Shown: piece after piece, positions 50,349-61,649 of the stretch
Layout of the letters: each line of letters begins with the position of its first letter
Position numbering within the stretch: position 1 is the stretch's first letter
Assembly: GCF_963921235.1 (NCBI RefSeq)
Contig: NC_086109.1
Span: 4,528,001-4,592,000, forward strand
Reading direction: 5' to 3'
DNA length: 64,000 nt
From: Mobula hypostoma
Lineage: Eukaryota
Notes under the pieces: model-generated
Databases searched by the model: none
Told to the model about the DNA's origin: nothing
The model's input: the letters and a program-made list of their open reading frames with translations, nothing else
Position numbers and translations under genes: made by a program

Positions 50349-52204
50349 TGAGGAAGTAGAAGGGTGGGTTAGTAAGTTTGCTGATGACACAAAAGTTGGG
50401 AGTGCTGTGGGTAGTCTGGAGGGTTGTCAGAGGTTACAGCAGGACATCAATAGGATGAACTAGGCTGAGAAGTGGCAGATGAAGTTCAACCCAGATAAGT
50501 GTGAAATCATTCATTTCAGTAGGTCTTACTTGAAGACAGAATATGATATTAATGGTAAGACTCTTGGCGGTGTGGAGGATCTGAGAGATTTTGGTGTCCA
50601 GGTCCATAGGACACTCAAAGCTGCTGCACAGGTTGACAGTGTTGTTAGGAAGGCATATGGTGTGATGGCCTTCAACAACTGCACGATTGAGTTCAAGAGC
50701 TGTGAAGTAATGTTAAAGTTATACAAGACCTTAGGTAGACCCCACTTGGAGTACTGTGTTCAGTTCTGGTCACCTCACTACAGGAAGGATGTGGATACTA
50801 GAGAGTGCACAGAGGCGATTGGAGAGCATGCCTTATGAGATTAGGTTGGGTGAAGTTGGCCTTTTCTCCTTGGAGTGACGGAGGATGAGAGGTGACCTAA
50901 TAGAAGTGTATAAGTTGATGAAAGGCACTGATCGTGTGGATATCCAGAGGCTTTCTCCCAGGGCTGAAATGGCTAACACGAGGAGGTTTTAAGGTACTTG
51001 AAAGTAGGAACAAGGGGGATGTTAGAGGCAAGTTTTTCCACACAGTGGTGGGTGCATGGAATGCACTGCCAGTGACGGTGGTAGGGGCTTTTAAGAGACT
51101 CTTAGATGGGTACATGTAGCTTGGAAAAATAGAGGTCTATACAGTAGGGCAACTCTAGGCAGTTTCTAGAGTAGGTTACATGGCGGGCACAACATCGTGG
51201 GCCTAAGGGCCTGTAATGTGCTGTAGATTTCTATCTTCTATGTTCTGTAGTTGTGTAACTTGGAGAGACTTAATGAAGTACCTGTTGAGTTTGAAGTGTT
51301 ATTGAATGTTCAGTATCATAGTTTGTGTAACTTAGGGTGGCTTAAACGTTTGGTCGAATGGTTCACTGCTTGTAAATAAACGATTAATGTACTTATTTGT
51401 AATCAGCATCTTCTGTCTCACTCAGCAAACCCATGAACCTGCTTCCTCATAACCAACATTAGATTGTATGATATTATTATATCAGGAAAGATTTGAACAA
51501 CATGCACAGTAAAACCAAATCTTAGACTGTCACTGCAACAGTCACCAGGAGATGAGAGGAAATGAGAGTTTACGATTACAGGGACTACATGACGGTTGAT
51601 CCAAATAAAATCAAGGTGAAGCAGTTCATTCTGCTCCTACGTCTTATGCGGTTACTTTATGCTGGATTAGATGTTGGATAATGGGGGTGGGAGGGAAGAC
51701 AGGCAGGGATGAAAACTTGAGTACATCCAAATATCAGCATGTACTCGTTTTGTTTGGCAGGTTCTGCAACTGAACATCGACAATTGTGGCAGCTCTTTGG
51801 AAGATTCTATAACTACCACTTCTCTGGAAATGTCTGCTGCTTGAATTACATGGTGTTATATCCTCAGGATTCATTTTAACTTCAAATTTGTCCACCCTTT
51901 GTTATAAGTTTAGTCTCAGTCCTTAATGAAGACAGCGAAGTTACCACACTACACACTACACCTATCCTGAACTCATCATTGGCCTCCTAATCCCGCTCAA
52001 CAAAGATCAAAGAACAGGAATTTATCTTGGTGCAATGGAGCCTTTCGGACTCAAAAGTGATTTCAACAATTTCAGGTAAGTATTCACTCTAGCCTTGTGC
52101 ATCACTTTCAATATTTCAACTCCCCACCCCACCCCCCAGCACAAAGTGAAAGATTTAACTCCTGCGTCACGCTCCACAGCTGCTGCCTGGCCAGATTAGT
52201 ATTT

Positions 52205-52975
52205 CCAGTGCAACACACAAAATGCTGGAGGAACTCAGCGGGTCAGGCAGCATCAATGGAATCAGTTGATGAGTTGAGCAGAGACCCTTCATTAGGACTG
52301 GAAATGAAGGGGGAAAATGCCTGAATAAGGAGATGGGGGTAGGGGGAAGGGAAAGAGAACAAGCTAGGAGGTGATGGGTGAAGCCAGGCGGGTGGGGAGG
52401 AGGGATGAAGTAAGCTCTGAGGTGATAGGTGGAAAAGACAAAACACTTGAAGAGGGAATCTGATAGGAGAGGACAAGATCATGGGAGCACCAAGGGGTGG
52501 AGAAGAGTTAAGAAGCCAGAGTGAAGAACAGAAGGGGAAGGGGATAGGAAAAAATTGCCAAAAGTTGGAGGAATCAGTGTTCATGCCATCAGGTAGGAGG
52601 ATACCTCGACGGAATATGAGGTGTTGCTCCTCCAACCTGAGAGTGGCCTCATTGTGGCATGAGACACAACTATGGACTGATATGCCAGAATGGGAATTGG
52701 AATTAAAATGGCTGGCCACCGGGAAATCCTACTTTTTGAAGATAGAGTAAAGGTGCTTAACAAAGCACCATTCTATGCCGGGTCTCACCAATTTAGAGGA
52801 GCACTCAATACAGTAGACAACCTCAATACATTCACAGGTGAAGTGCTACCTCAGCTGGAAACATGTTTGGGGCCTGGAATGGGCAGGTGTAGCACCTGCG
52901 CTGCTTGCAGAGATGAGTGTGAGGAGGGATGAATGGAAAAGGGAATCATGGAGCGAGTGATCCCTGTGGAGAGCA
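52205..52975 (-). mobile_element. Older Penelope-like element 3' part
   Basis: SHFNSNSHSGISVH..EATLRLEEQHLIFR.G.LLPDGMN; degenerate ribozyme remnant near 52265-52300. Confidence 0.75.
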
Positions 52976-53561
52976 GCACATTGTCTTTATTGTTTCAGCA
53001 TTTGATTCACTTGCATTCTGCCCAACCAAAGCCCTTCCCCGTCACCCTTGATGTTTTAATTTGAAGCACGCTTACCTCTAGCTTTTCCCATTCTGGTGAA
53101 ACCATCAACCTAAAATGTTCAGATGCCACCTGAGTTGCTGGCAATTTTTTTTTTTGAAAATAAAATACCTTTAATATTGGAGATCTACAGAGTGTAACAA
53201 ACAGAGTGTTCTTTGTTCCCCTCCACAGATGCTGCCTCACCTGCTGAGTTCCTCCACCATTCTGAGTGCCTTACTCTGGATTTCCAGCATCTGCACAATC
53301 TCTCATGTTTAGACTGTTCTCTGTTTTACTATGACAGATCTCCAATATTAACAGTAGCTTGGAGAAAGACTTGTTTTATGGGATTCGATTTAAACAAGCC
53401 AGGAGAACACAGAGCTAGAAAACCGACTCGTTATACAGATCGGAAAATCACCATATAATTCCATCAAGGAAGCAGAACTGACTGCATACAGAAATACAAC
53501 ACTAAAACACTAAATATGTTTAAAATGGTAATTAAAACAGGTTTCATTTTTAGTTCAGTAC

Positions 53562-53744
53562 CTTTGCACTTTGGAAAGGGATGATTCCACCTTCCATCAC
53601 TTTTACAGGTAAGCTTACGTTCACCGATCAATGAGTAGTCGCCAAGGCATGAAACTGTGGCCACCATTCCGTATTCCCATGGCTCTGCAGAAGGGTTTGA
53701 TATTCTTCCATTCTCAATGGCCGGAATGTCAGGACATTTAACAA
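53562..53744 (-). CDS. CD46: CD46-like CCP3 exon
   Basis: (V)VKCPDIPAIENGRISNPSAEPWEYGMVATVSCLGDYSLIGERKLTCKSDGRWNHPFPKCK; 183 nt, phase 1-1. Confidence 0.95.
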
Positions 53745-54127
53745 CTGGCAACAGATGCACTTTAGTTAATGCCCAGAGCAGACTATCACATCACACCTTT
53801 AACCTCATGGTTAAAAATCAAACCGAGTCAGTAAAAGTTCAACAGCACTCTATTGCAATGTAGCGGTTCAGAATACAGGCTAATCTCATCCTCCCCAATG
53901 CACATTCAAAACCCCATGACCACGTATCCACCCTTCACAATCTTGGCACCCACTGTAAACTTACGCTAACTGATCCCCAGAGGTAGAGACACATACACAG
54001 CAGCACAGTGGTCAATATAATACGTTACAACATCATCAATCGGGATTCAATTCTGTCGCTGTCAGTAAAGAGTTTGTTACGTTGTCCCTGTGAATGAGTG
54101 GGTTTCCTCCCACAGTCCAAAGACATA

Positions 54128-55674
54128 CAGATGCAAGAAAAAGTTTGTGAACCCTTTGCAATTACCTAGTTTTCTACATTAATTACTCAAAATATGGGCT
54201 TATCTTCATCTAAGTTATAACAGACAAAATAATCTGCCTAAACTAGTAACACAAACAATTCTAATTTTCATGTCTTTATTGAACACTGTTTAATCATTCA
54301 GTCTAGGCTGGAAAAAGTACGTGAACCCTTGTATTTCATAACTGGTAGAATCTCCTTGAGCAGCCAGAATCTCCAACAAACGCTGCCTGCAGCTGCTGAT
54401 CACAATGACGAGGAGGAATATTAGACTATTACACCATACAAAACTGTTTCAGTTCATCAATATATCCTGGATACCTTCCATAAACCGCCCTCTTTGGGTC
54501 ATGTCACAGCATCTCTATTGGGTTATGGTCTGGACACTTGGCCATTCCAAAACACAGATTTTCTCCTTTTTAACCATTCTGTTGTTGATACTCTCTTGTG
54601 TTTTGGGCCATTCTCTTGTTGCATCATCCAACTTCTATTAAGCTTCAGGACCACTACCCTGATATTCTCCTGTAAAATGTCTTGACACAAGTTTTAATTC
54701 ATTGTTCCCTCAATGACTGCAAGCTGTCCAGACCCTAAAGCAGCCCCAAAACATAATGATCCTTCAACCATGCTTCACAGCTGGGATGAGGAATTGGTGC
54801 TGGTGTGCAGTACCCATTTTCGTCCAAACATAGCAATGTGCATTTCTGCCCAAAAGTTCAACTTTTGTCTCATCTGTCCACAGAACATTGTCCTAGAAGT
54901 GTTGTTGAACTTCCAGGTGGTCTTTTGCAAACTTGAGACGTACAGCAACGTTGTTTTTTTTTGGAGAGCAGTGGTTTCCTCCAGTGTCCTTCCATGAACA
55001 CCACTCTTGTTCATCGTTTTTCTTATAGAGGATGCATGAACAGAGATTTCAACAAGTTCTAGAGATCTCTGCAGGTCTTTGGGTTCTTTTTCATCTCCTT
55101 CAGCATTGCATGTTGTGCTCTTGGTGTGACCTTTGCAGGATGCCCACTCCTAGGAGAGCAGCAACAGTACTGAATATCCTCTATTTGTAGACAATTTCTC
55201 TTACTGTGGACTGATGAACACTCAGGTCTTTGGAAATGCTTTTGTTGTCTTTTCCAACTTTGTGCATCTCTACAATTCTTCTTCTCAGGTCCTCTGAAAG
55301 TTGTTTTGATCGAAGCATGGTGCACATAAACAGATCTTTAAGAAGAGCAGGCTATCGGTAACTTGATTTTGTGTAAGGCAAAGCACTTCTACAACCCACA
55401 GCTCCAATCTCATCTCATTGATGGAACACCTGACTCCAAGTAGCTTTTGTAGAAGGCATTACCCCAGAGGTTCACATACGTCTTTGAACCTAGACTGTGA
55501 CTGTTTAAATGGTGTACTTATCATCAATACTGAGTGCAAGTGTTTTTGTTATTAGTTTAGGTAGATTGTGTTTGTCTATTATTGATTCTTTGATGAAGAT
55601 CAGACTACATTTTATGAGTAATCTATGAAGGAAACCAATAATTGCAAAGGTTCACCAACTTTTTCTTGGAACTG
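54128..55674 (-). mobile_element. Degenerate Tc1 element with long TIRs, inserted in a V-SINE (~54000-56060)
   Basis: TA|CAGATGCAAGAAAAAGTTTGTGAACC ... GGTTCACCAACTTTTTCTTGGAACTG|TA; minus-strand PRSGHPAKVTPR and VKHG.RIIMFWGCF. Confidence 0.85.
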
Positions 55675-55687
55675 TATGTGTTAAGGG

Positions 55688-55950
55688 CAAACACAAGAGA
55701 TTCTGTAGATGCTGGAAATTCAGATTAACAGAGACAAAATGGAGGAATTTAGCAGGTCAGACAGCATGCATGAAGAGCAATAAACAGTTGACATTTCAGG
55801 ATGGCACCTTTCTTCAGGACTGGAAAAGGCTTCTTGCCTTTTCTTTCTGGTCCATGATGAAGAATCCCAAGAAGGGTCTCAGCCTGAAACATCAACTATT
55901 CCTCTTCATGGATGATGCCTGACCTGCTGAGTTCCTCCAGCATCTATGTT
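55688..55950. mobile_element. Old Penelope-derived fold-back mini-element
   Basis: Inverted PLE tail on the left, forward tail on the right; each has a decayed ribozyme remnant. Confidence 0.65.
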
Positions 55951-57065
55951 GCCCTAAAAGCATGCGACATCTGTGGTCTGCTCCCAAGCACATTGGGCAT
56001 TGACACAAAATTATGCATTACACTGTATGTTTTGATGTACATGTGACAAATAAAGCTAACCTTTGTTAGAATCTGGGAAAACGCCTTTGAAGTCATCTCC
56101 GATTATCACTTTGGCTCTGGATTCCCCCACTCTCCACAAATCTTTTCTACAGCCAGAAAAGATTAAACTCATGCTGGCATACACTAAGTCCAGGGAAAGC
56201 AACCCATCTACATCCATTGCACAACCACAAAACCCCAGCAAAGACTTAACTACAGTACTGCATGCATCTGATGATATTGGGCAAGTGGGGAAGACATTAC
56301 TGCTTGGTATGGAGTTTCCAATCACAGTCGGCTTCAGGATTCTGTTAACACACCCAGCTCCATCATGGGCACAACCCTTCCCACCATCAAGGATACCTGC
56401 AAAAGATGATACCTCAAGAAGGTGGGAAGAACCCGCTCCACCCAGGACATGGCCTCTTCTCATTACCACCATCAGGCAGAAGGTACAGATATCTAAAGGC
56501 ACACACTCAACGTTCTAGGAACAGCTTCCCCTTCACCAGATTTCTTATCTGACCATAAATTCATGCACACAACCTCATTATTCCTATTTTGTATTTTTTT
56601 TATATTCTAATACTTTGAAACAGTGCAGATAATGCAACAGAGCAAGAAGATACAGTGGATGGGAATAACAACAGAATAGGAAGCGAGAAATAAAGGAAAC
56701 CACTAAAAGAATATCAATCACTCCAAACAACATCCAAAAGTCGATGAGAAAGCAGTAATAATCAAGGCAGTAAAACGCAGTTAGATGGATAATGGCCTCA
56801 GATTGCTGATCAGTACTGAGGGCATAATACTGTACTCAGCCCATCATCTCCACCACCATTAGATTTCTGAATGGACAACGAATCCATGTACACTACCTCA
56901 CTTATTCCTTTTTACACTACTTATTTAGTGTAGCTATATTTATACATATATATTTATTGCTATAATTAACTTTTTTTAACTAAGTATTACAATTTACTGC
57001 TGCTGAGAAACATATTTCATGTCATATGCCAGTGATATTAAACCTGCGTCTGAATCTCAGCTCAC

Positions 57066-57139
57066 CTTCACATGTAGGTACCTGGCCACTCCATCCATCA
57101 GCTTCACACAACCGGTACTTTCGACCCACCAGAGTATAT
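57066..57139 (-). CDS. CD46: CD46-like CCP2b exon (G)YTLVGRKYRLCEADGWSGQVPTCE
   Basis: CCTCTTTAG|A acceptor, G|GTGAGC donor, 74 nt, phase 2 to 1. Confidence 0.93.
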
Positions 57140-57689
57140 CTAAAGAGGCGACAAAATTTAAAAAGTCATCTCAGAGAAGCTTAAAGTTAGAGCCAATGTT
57201 ATCAGGAAGAGACTCAGCAATTATATTCCATTAATTTAAAATTAATCATCACAGGACTTCGTAAGAAAAGAGGAAAATGTGTAGCTACACTGCTAGATGG
57301 AAAAACATTAAATCAGTGATCTACAACACTGCCATCCAAGATCAGTGTCAATTTTTCCTCCGAATGTAGGAAAAATATTGGCATGAGTTAAATGCCAACT
57401 TTTCATTTGTATTTTAAGAGACCATGTGACAGAACAAATTCAGATTAACATGGAATATGCTGGAGCAACTCCGCTAGCATCCGAGTAGATAAAAACACTC
57501 CATTAGATCCAATAAAAAGTCTCACCCCAAAACATCAACTGTTTGAATCAGACAACCGACTTCCCAATGGTAACAAATCCATGACACTTACAGGAGCCGA
57601 GTGGCCAAGTTGGACAAATGTCACAAAGTGCAAATGGAGACACTCACACTGAGGTGCTCAACAGCAGCAAAACCGGGGATGTCATTTAT

Positions 57690-57900
57690 TTATTAATTTT
57701 ATTTAGGAACAGCCCTAACCACTCAGTTACAGCCATCTGTCCAATCAACCTACTAACCCGTACATCTTAGGAACACGGGAGGAAATCGGAGCACCCGGAG
57801 GAAATCCATGCAGTCCTGGGGAGAATGTACAAACTCCTTACAGACAGCAGTGAGAATTGAACCCAGGTTACCGATGTTTTAAAGTAATATGCCAACCACA
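57690..57900 (-). mobile_element. V-SINE
   Basis: Minus strand GGGTTCAATTC B box and V-domain GGATTTCCTCCGGGTGCTCCGATTTCCTCCC. Confidence 0.7.
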
Positions 57901-58576
57901 ATTTCCCAATTATTGGATATTAGCAACTCTGGGAAGGTCAGTGTTTATTGCCTTTCTCCAATTGTCTTTGAGAAAGTGATGGAGTTGTCATCCTGCAGGT
58001 GAAGTTGTTCAACAGCAGTATGAGATGGGGAGACAGGCATGGAGCAGTAAAGCTGATCAACAAGTCCCCTATCGAGACCACCCCGCCACACCTCCAAACG
58101 CCACTGCTTTATCATTTCCTGTCTGTCAGCTGATGTGCAGACACAGCTGTACCATTACTCTACGGACACACAATCTATACATATTTATTGTACTTTTTAT
58201 TTTTGGGCTCTTAATCTTAATGTGTATTTTTTCGTGCTGCACCGGATCCGGAGAATCTGGAGGATCCGGAGTGATATGTGGTTAGCCCATATCACTCTAA
58301 ACCAAGACTTCACAACCTTTTATTATCCCTTGGACCCCGACCATGAACCAAGGGGTCCATGGACCCCAGACTGGGAAACCCTGCTCTATTATGAAGCTGT
58401 CCAAGTACTCCTGTTAATGTACCACCCTTACCCACTCCTTTTCAACAGCTAATCCCAACTTCTCGGTTTTGCCACCACCTCCTGTTCTGATGCTGATATG
58501 GAACACTATTGCAATAATTTGTAAACTGAAGTATTAACTCAACTCTTTTCTTTCAATCAAGTACATGAATACTCAC

Positions 58577-58670
58577 CCTTCATTACAATAAAATGTAATG
58601 TTACTTCCAAAAGTATTGTCACCCTTGTAATACCCATTCATAATTTCCCCTGGATTTCCACAGCTCTTTG
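58577..58670 (-). CDS. CD46: CD46-like CCP2a exon (P)KSCGNPGEIMNGYYKGDNTFGSNITFYCNE(G)
   Basis: TTTTGTTCAG|CA acceptor, GG|GTGAGT donor, 94 nt, phase 1 to 2; N-glycan sequon NIT. Confidence 0.95.
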
Positions 58671-59169
58671 CTGAACAAAAAAAGGGAGAAAAGCCAGGAC
58701 GTTACAAAGTGTTGATATGCTTTTACAATACAATTCACTGAAATGTAAGAGAAACACGAAACTAATGCACACTTTTTCCAGATCATTCTAAATATTATTT
58801 AATTTCAAAGTTCGAGGTGAGCAAGGCAATTTATTCAAGACATTAAACTCCACAGGAAATTACAGTGGCATTTTACCCTTCATTAAATTAATCTTGACAT
58901 TATTGTTCATAAAATGAGCTCTTCCAAAATTTCAATTTGCTTTTTCTCACTGAGAATTGAAGCTCAGAGTAGCAGGTTTTCACTCTTGTGTCTAAAAGGC
59001 AGAGGAGCACACTTAAGAACTAGGTTTGTGTCAGGAAGCGTCTAACTCCCTTGAACCACACACCAGCTAACTTACTTCAGTCCTGGAGAGGATGGGGACT
59101 GAGAAAAGACGCAGATTGCAAAATGAGAAAAGTTATTGAGTGAGAAAGGATTAGTTATTGAGTACTTAC

Positions 59170-59358
59170 GTGTACAGGTGGTTTGTAATGGTTCCCAAAC
59201 ACCTTCATTACAAGTAATATATCTGCGAGTGAATTCACGAAAAGTGTAACCAGGGTTACATACGTAAAAGACCTTGGATCCACTTGGAAATATTTCCTGC
59301 TGACGATACCTCTCTTCTAGTAAGCCATTTTCCAACCTTGGCGGCTGGTAACATTCCC
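59170..59358 (-). CDS. CD46: CD46-like CCP1 exon
   Basis: ECYQPPRLENGLLEERYRQQEIFPSGSKVFYVCNPGYTFREFTRRYITCNEGVWEPLQTTCT; 189 nt, phase 1-1. Confidence 0.93.
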
Positions 59359-59609
59359 CTTAAAAAAGAAAGAATTAGCCTTTTTAATTTGCAACTAGCA
59401 CAAAAGATGAATGCCTGGAAAAGACTCTCTTAAGCTATTTTCCTTCCATCCAGTTCAATGATTTTTGACAAATTTTTTGTCTTGGCAATGCCAAATATTG
59501 AAATGTACAAAATGGGAAATGAAGTCAAATTAAACATGAATGCAAGTACAGAAGCAACGAAGAATGTTTTTTCTGCAAACTCTGAGTTATCACTGTTATT
59601 AGACATTAG

Positions 59610-61610
59610 GTCCCTCACTGACTATAAAGGAAAGTCCTCCTCCTCTACAACCAGCGACAGCACACTAGCTGAGCAGCTAAACTTCTTTGTTCAGTTTGAC
59701 AGGGACGACAACGAACCAGCCATGAAGACCTTGATACCTGAGGACACAGTCCTGACACTGAACACACAATAGGCGAGAGTTACCATCCACAGTATCAACA
59801 CACACACAGAGCAGATAGACCAGACGGGGTACCTGGGAGGTCCTCGAGAATTGTGCTCACCAGCTGGCAGGTGTTTACTGAAATCTATAAACTCTCTTTG
59901 TCCCTTGCTGTGGTCCCTGAGTGCTTCAAAATACCAACCATCATCAGTCAGTGGTAACATGCCTCAACGACTGGTTGCACTCACCCCCATAGATGCCAAG
60001 TACCTGCAGAGTACTCCTTGCCATCCTTGCTACTGCGGACCAGCACCAGTTTGTCTATAACACTGTGTGTCTGACAGAGTGATCAGCAGCACTGGGGCTC
60101 CACAGGGGACTGTCTTGTCTCCCTTTCTCTTCACCATTTACACCTTGGACTTCAACTACTGCACAGAGTCTTGTCATCTTCAGAAGTTTTCGGATGACTC
60201 TGCCATAGTTGGATGCATCAGCAAGGGAGATGAAGCTGAGTACAGGGCTACGGTAGGAAACTTTGTCACATGGTGTGAGCAGAATTATCTGCAGCTTAAT
60301 GTGAAAAAGACTAAGGAGCTGGTGGTAGACCTGAGGAGAGCTAAGGTACCGGTGACCCCTGTTTCCATCCAGGGGGTCAGTGTGGACATGGTGGAGGATT
60401 ACAAATACCTGGGGATACAAATTGACAATAAACTGGACTGGTCAAAGAACACTGAGGCTGTCTACAAGAAGGGTCAGAGCCGTCTCTATTTCCTGAGGAG
60501 ACTGAGGTCTTTTAACATCTGCCGGACAATGCTGAGAATGTTCTACGAGTCTACGAGTGGTGGCCAGTGCTATCATGTTTGCTGTTGTGTGCTGGGGCAG
60601 CAGGCTGAGGGTAGCAGACACCAACAGAATCAGTAAACTCATTCGTAAGGCCAGTGATGTTGTGGGGATGGAACTGGACTCTCTCACGGTGGTGTCTGAA
60701 AAGAGGATGCTGTCTAAGTTGCATGCCATCTTGGTCAATGTCTCCCATCCACTACATAATGTATTGGGTGGACACAGGAGTACATTCAGCCAGAGACTCA
60801 TTCCTCTGAGATGCAGCACAGAGCGTCATAGGAAGTCATTCCTGCCTGTGGCCATCAAACTTTACAACTCCTCCCTTGGAGGGTCAGACACCCTGAGCCA
60901 ATAGGCTGGTCCTGGCCTTATTTCATAATTTACTGGCATAATTTACATATTACTATTTAACTATTTATGCTTCTATTATATTTAGTATTTATGAAGCAAC
61001 TGTAACAAAAAACAATTTCCCCTGGGATTAATAAAGTATGACAATGACTATGACTAAGGCAAACAGATCAACTGAGGACGCTACTTTCATAGCTCTCCAC
61101 ACTGTAGTGGAACAACTTAGGCACAAGGACACCAATGGCAGAATGCTTTTTTGCAAAATACAGTTCTGCCTACAACTCCACCCTTCTCAACAAGTTGACT
61201 ATTAGACTACACAAGTTGGGACACAAGACATCAATTTGTAACTGCATACTGGACTTTCCTACTCAGTGAGACGAGGCAAGGATGCATCTACCTCCCTGAC
61301 CGTGAGCACCAGTGCACCGCAGGGATGTGTACTGAGCATTTCTCTTTATATTCTTTTCACCCACTCCATCCTTAACCTTGCAGACAACACCTCCTTGATT
61401 GGATTAATTACAAATAACAATGAAACAACATACAGAGAGGAGGGGCAGAAATTGTCGGAGTGGTGCAATAACCATAACATTTCACTCAAAATAAAAAACA
61501 AAAAGGAATGATTATTGATTTTAGGAAATCAAGCAAGCTACACTACTCATAAGCAGTGAAACTATGGAAAGGGACTCCAGCTTTAAGGTCTTGGGAGTGA
61601 ACACCACAAA
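59610..61610 (+). mobile_element. Old Rex1/Babar-type LINE split by a younger copy
   Basis: LAEQLNFF..FD, RLVALTP, QFVY|..RSTEDA..ALH, STSAPQGCVLS, ADNTSLIGLITNN. Confidence 0.7.
60062..61055 (+). mobile_element. Young 5'-truncated Rex1/Babar LINE
   Basis: STGAPQGTVLSPFLFTIYT, KFSDDSAIVG, KTKELVVD; single frameshift near 60552; AATAAA and (CTATGA)n tail. Confidence 0.9.
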
Positions 61611-61649
61611 GGAGCTCCCTTGAACCATGCTCCTCCGCTTTTGTCCATA

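Larger units (their letters stand above)
48427..51247 (+). mobile_element. Long degenerate CR1 ORF2 (endonuclease to 3' end)
   Basis: FNFPDIDW, GSDHNSI, NYRPVSLTS, KFADDTKVG, RPHLEYCVQFWSPHY; TTCTATG tail; many stops. Confidence 0.9.
20250..59358 (-). other. CD46: CD46/membrane cofactor protein-like RCA gene (partial; signal-peptide exon not found in window)
   Basis: 12 coding exons with GT-AG sites and matching phases assemble into 4 CCP domains (CCP2 split), an STP stalk, a 13-aa juxtamembrane segment, a TM helix and alternative tails. The symbol reflects architecture; strict orthology is untested. Confidence 0.85.
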
